The position numbers and the translations under genes are program-made. This document shows, one piece after another, positions 50,348 to 52,583 of a stretch of DNA of 52,583 bases. The notes below the pieces were generated by a model that was given only the letters and a program-made list of their open reading frames with translations, had not been told where the DNA came from and ran no database searches. Numbering within the stretch: position 1 is the stretch's first letter; each line of letters opens with the position of its first letter. The stretch comes from Jimgerdemannia flammicorona. Its lineage: Eukaryota. The DNA lies in NCBI GenBank assembly GCA_003990765.1, contig RBNJ01000020.1:1-52583 (forward strand), written 5' to 3'.

Positions 50348-51676
50348 AATACAATAGGAAAGAAAAAAGAATAAAGAAAAAGAACAAAAAAAGAACAAAA
50401 GAAGAGAGGGAATAAAAGAAAGGGTGATGTCACCAAAGTACAGTAAGAAAAAAAAATAAGAGCAAAAATAAATAAAAGAAAGGATAATATCACCAAAGAT
50501 TTCAATCTGAATAGATCAATCCAGATGAATCAATCTGGATGAATCAATCTAGATAGATCAATCTAGATTAATCTGGATCAATCTGGATCATATCACAAGA
50601 CCAATCTGAATTGATTCAAATCTATCATATGATGAATCTGAATCAAATCTCATCCAGATCAACTCCAACTATTTGGAGCACTACTCAAGATTGAAGTAGT
50701 TAAGAAGGAACTAGAAGAGTTACTTACATGAGAAGCCATTCAATCAAGCAAATCCCCCTATAGCTTACTAGTCTTATTTATTAAGAAGAAGAATAGTATT
50801 TTATGAATATATATAAACTACTAAGTACTCAATAAGCTTATAGTCAAGAACTGATATCTGCTACTCTTAATTAATCAAATTTTTGATACTCTTAAGAATA
50901 CCAAATACTTCATCAAGCTGGACCTTATATTGAGTTATCACTAAATCTGAATTAAGCTAAAAGATATTCTTAAGACTATATTTATGACTTTCTTTAGACT
51001 CTATAAATTTCTAGTCCTAGCATTTAGTCTTATCAATGTATCTGCTATATTCTAGACTCTAATAAATAAGATATTCAAGGACTAACTATATATCTTCTTG
51101 TTGGTATATCTTGACAATATTCTGATCTTTAGTATAACTAAAGAAGAATACCTTAAGCACATCTGAGTAGTTCTAGAAATATTATAAAAATATAAACTTT
51201 ATATAAAGCTTAAGAAATATAAATTCTTTAAAGAATAAGTTAAATATCTTAGCCACATTATCTCTATACAAGGAATTCAAATAGATCTATATAAGATAGA
51301 GATAATTCAAGAATAGTTTATTCTATTGAACTCTAGTCCTTTCTTGGTCTAGCTAGCTACTATTATTACTTTATCAGAAACTTTTCTAATATTACTAAGT
51401 CACTAACTAACCTCATGAGGAAGGCCCCTCACTCTGATCACTATATATCCTATATCTGGAACTTCTTTTGTCAACAAGCCTTTCAAGAACTTCTTTTTAT
51501 TTTATTATTTTATAAGTTATATATTATATCTGGCTATCTACCTTAGTGATTCTATCCTTTATTTATTTATTTCTATAGGTTATTATTATATTTAACTATC
51601 TGTCCTAACAATTATATCTCTCTTTTATTTTTATTTTATTTTAATGGAAGTTATATATTATTGTCTGGCAATCTAT

Positions 51677-52583
51677 TGTAACGTACCGGCTCAATGGAGG
51701 CAAATTACAAGGTTGGGGGTTGATGTAGTTTGGCTTGAGCCCCCAGTTACTTTGTTAAAAGCAACAAAATGTTCTTGGTGTTTAGCGGTACAATAGTCAA
51801 GATCTGGATACTGTGCGAGCGATTTCCTTATTGGGACGGTTCTCTGGGTGTAGCAGCGATTTGTGTGTGAATGGGTTTCCTTCTTGGGTCAACTGGGAAT
51901 GGCACAATTTGTGTGTAGCGCGACGATCTCCTTGTGTGTGACAGTCTGGCAATTTAGCGGTTCTCCTTATGCGATTTCTGCATGACGATCTCTGTGTAGC
52001 GCGACGATCTTTGTGTAGCGCGGCGGGTTCCTTATGCAGGGCGTTCTGATAATTTGGCGGATAACTCGATTTGGTACGGATTCTCCAAAAGCGGTGGGCT
52101 TCACTGGGAATTGTATGGCGTGGATTCTTCCTAGGCTCACTGGGAATAATGAATAACTCGGATGTCGCGGTTTCGGCTTCAACTGGGAATACTACTCGGA
52201 TGGCATGGGTTTTATGGGAATGCGGATAACTGGCGGCGGATGACGCGGATTCTTCCTGAATCGGCGGACTTCTCGAAAACGGCGGCTTAACTGGGAATAC
52301 GGCGGATAATTCAAAAGGCGGCGGAAATCTTCAGGCTTATCTGGCAAGCGAACCAATAACAATAATTCCAAAGGCGGCGAAGTTCTTCCTTGAACTTAGG
52401 CGGCAAAATCAGCTTTGTATCGGAAAGTGGACCGGAGTGGAAGAGAAGAGAACCAGGCTCACAACTTCTTGGCAGTGGCTCGTTGGCAGGCGTATCTCCT
52501 AAGTGTTGCAATCCTTCCTGGATCAAGTGGCTTTTGGCAGGCGTTTCTCCTAAGTGTACCAGACAATTGACTTTTGCTTTGGT
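51677..52583. mobile_element. Probable start of a young LTR (CpG-rich), running off the window
   Basis: Begins TGTAACG after an AT-rich tract; CpG abruptly reappears; short repeats GTGTAGCGCGACGATCT, ACTGGGAAT and TGGCAGGCGT.TCTCCTAAGTGT. Confidence 0.5.

Larger units (their letters stand above)
42913..50683 (+). mobile_element. hAT DNA transposon copy 2 (inverted relative to copy 1), containing a 1.2-kb retroposon
   Basis: TAGTGCTCTGAA...TTTGGAGCACTA; perfect TSD CTCAAGAT (42905-42912 and 50684-50691). Confidence 0.95.
23471..51492 (+). mobile_element. Old, heavily mutated B-family Gypsy element D in pieces (23471-23552, 33925-34604, 41215-42912, 50684-51492); 3' part lost
   Basis: LTR pieces resemble LTR B and end ...GAACTATTATA at 34204, followed by a PBS-like TAGTAGCAGTG. 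The gag, dUTPase and PR relics (41215-42912) and RT relic (50684-51492) are collinear with B once the insertions are removed. Confidence 0.85.

Overview
The whole window is a eukaryotic nest of transposable elements with no recognisable host gene. The host is probably a fungus, inferred from short GT-AG introns and the TE repertoire. From left to right: (1) a ~9.1 kb head-to-head pair of endonuclease-less Penelope-like retroelements (PLE) with tandem pseudo-LTRs (206-9353). (2) Gypsy element A on the minus strand, non-chromoviral, order gag-PR-dUTPase-RT-RH-IN; its 5' LTR is split by (3) complete chromovirus B (16017-22046, TSD GTTCT/GTCCT). (4) Complete chromovirus C (23553-33924, 2032-bp LTRs, TSD TAGCT). 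A and C both sit in the 5' LTR of (5) an old B-like element D. D is further split by (6) two copies of an intron-rich hAT transposon (34605-41214 and 42913-50683, perfect 8-bp TSDs); the second copy holds a polyA retroposon in a transposase intron. (7) A CpG-rich, apparently young LTR-like segment at the right end. Nearly all coding regions are pseudogenised by C-to-T/G-to-A transitions, mostly at CpG. Best leads: the hAT carries a spliced passenger gene whose last exon looks like a TET/JBP-type 2OG-Fe(II) dioxygenase (HxD...H); two different Gypsy lineages carry homologous accessory ORFs inside the LTR U3; A and C share an unnamed Cys/His mini-domain beside their dUTPases; and the PLE palindrome folds back exactly at an internal hairpin. 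All family calls come from manual motif reading, not database searches.
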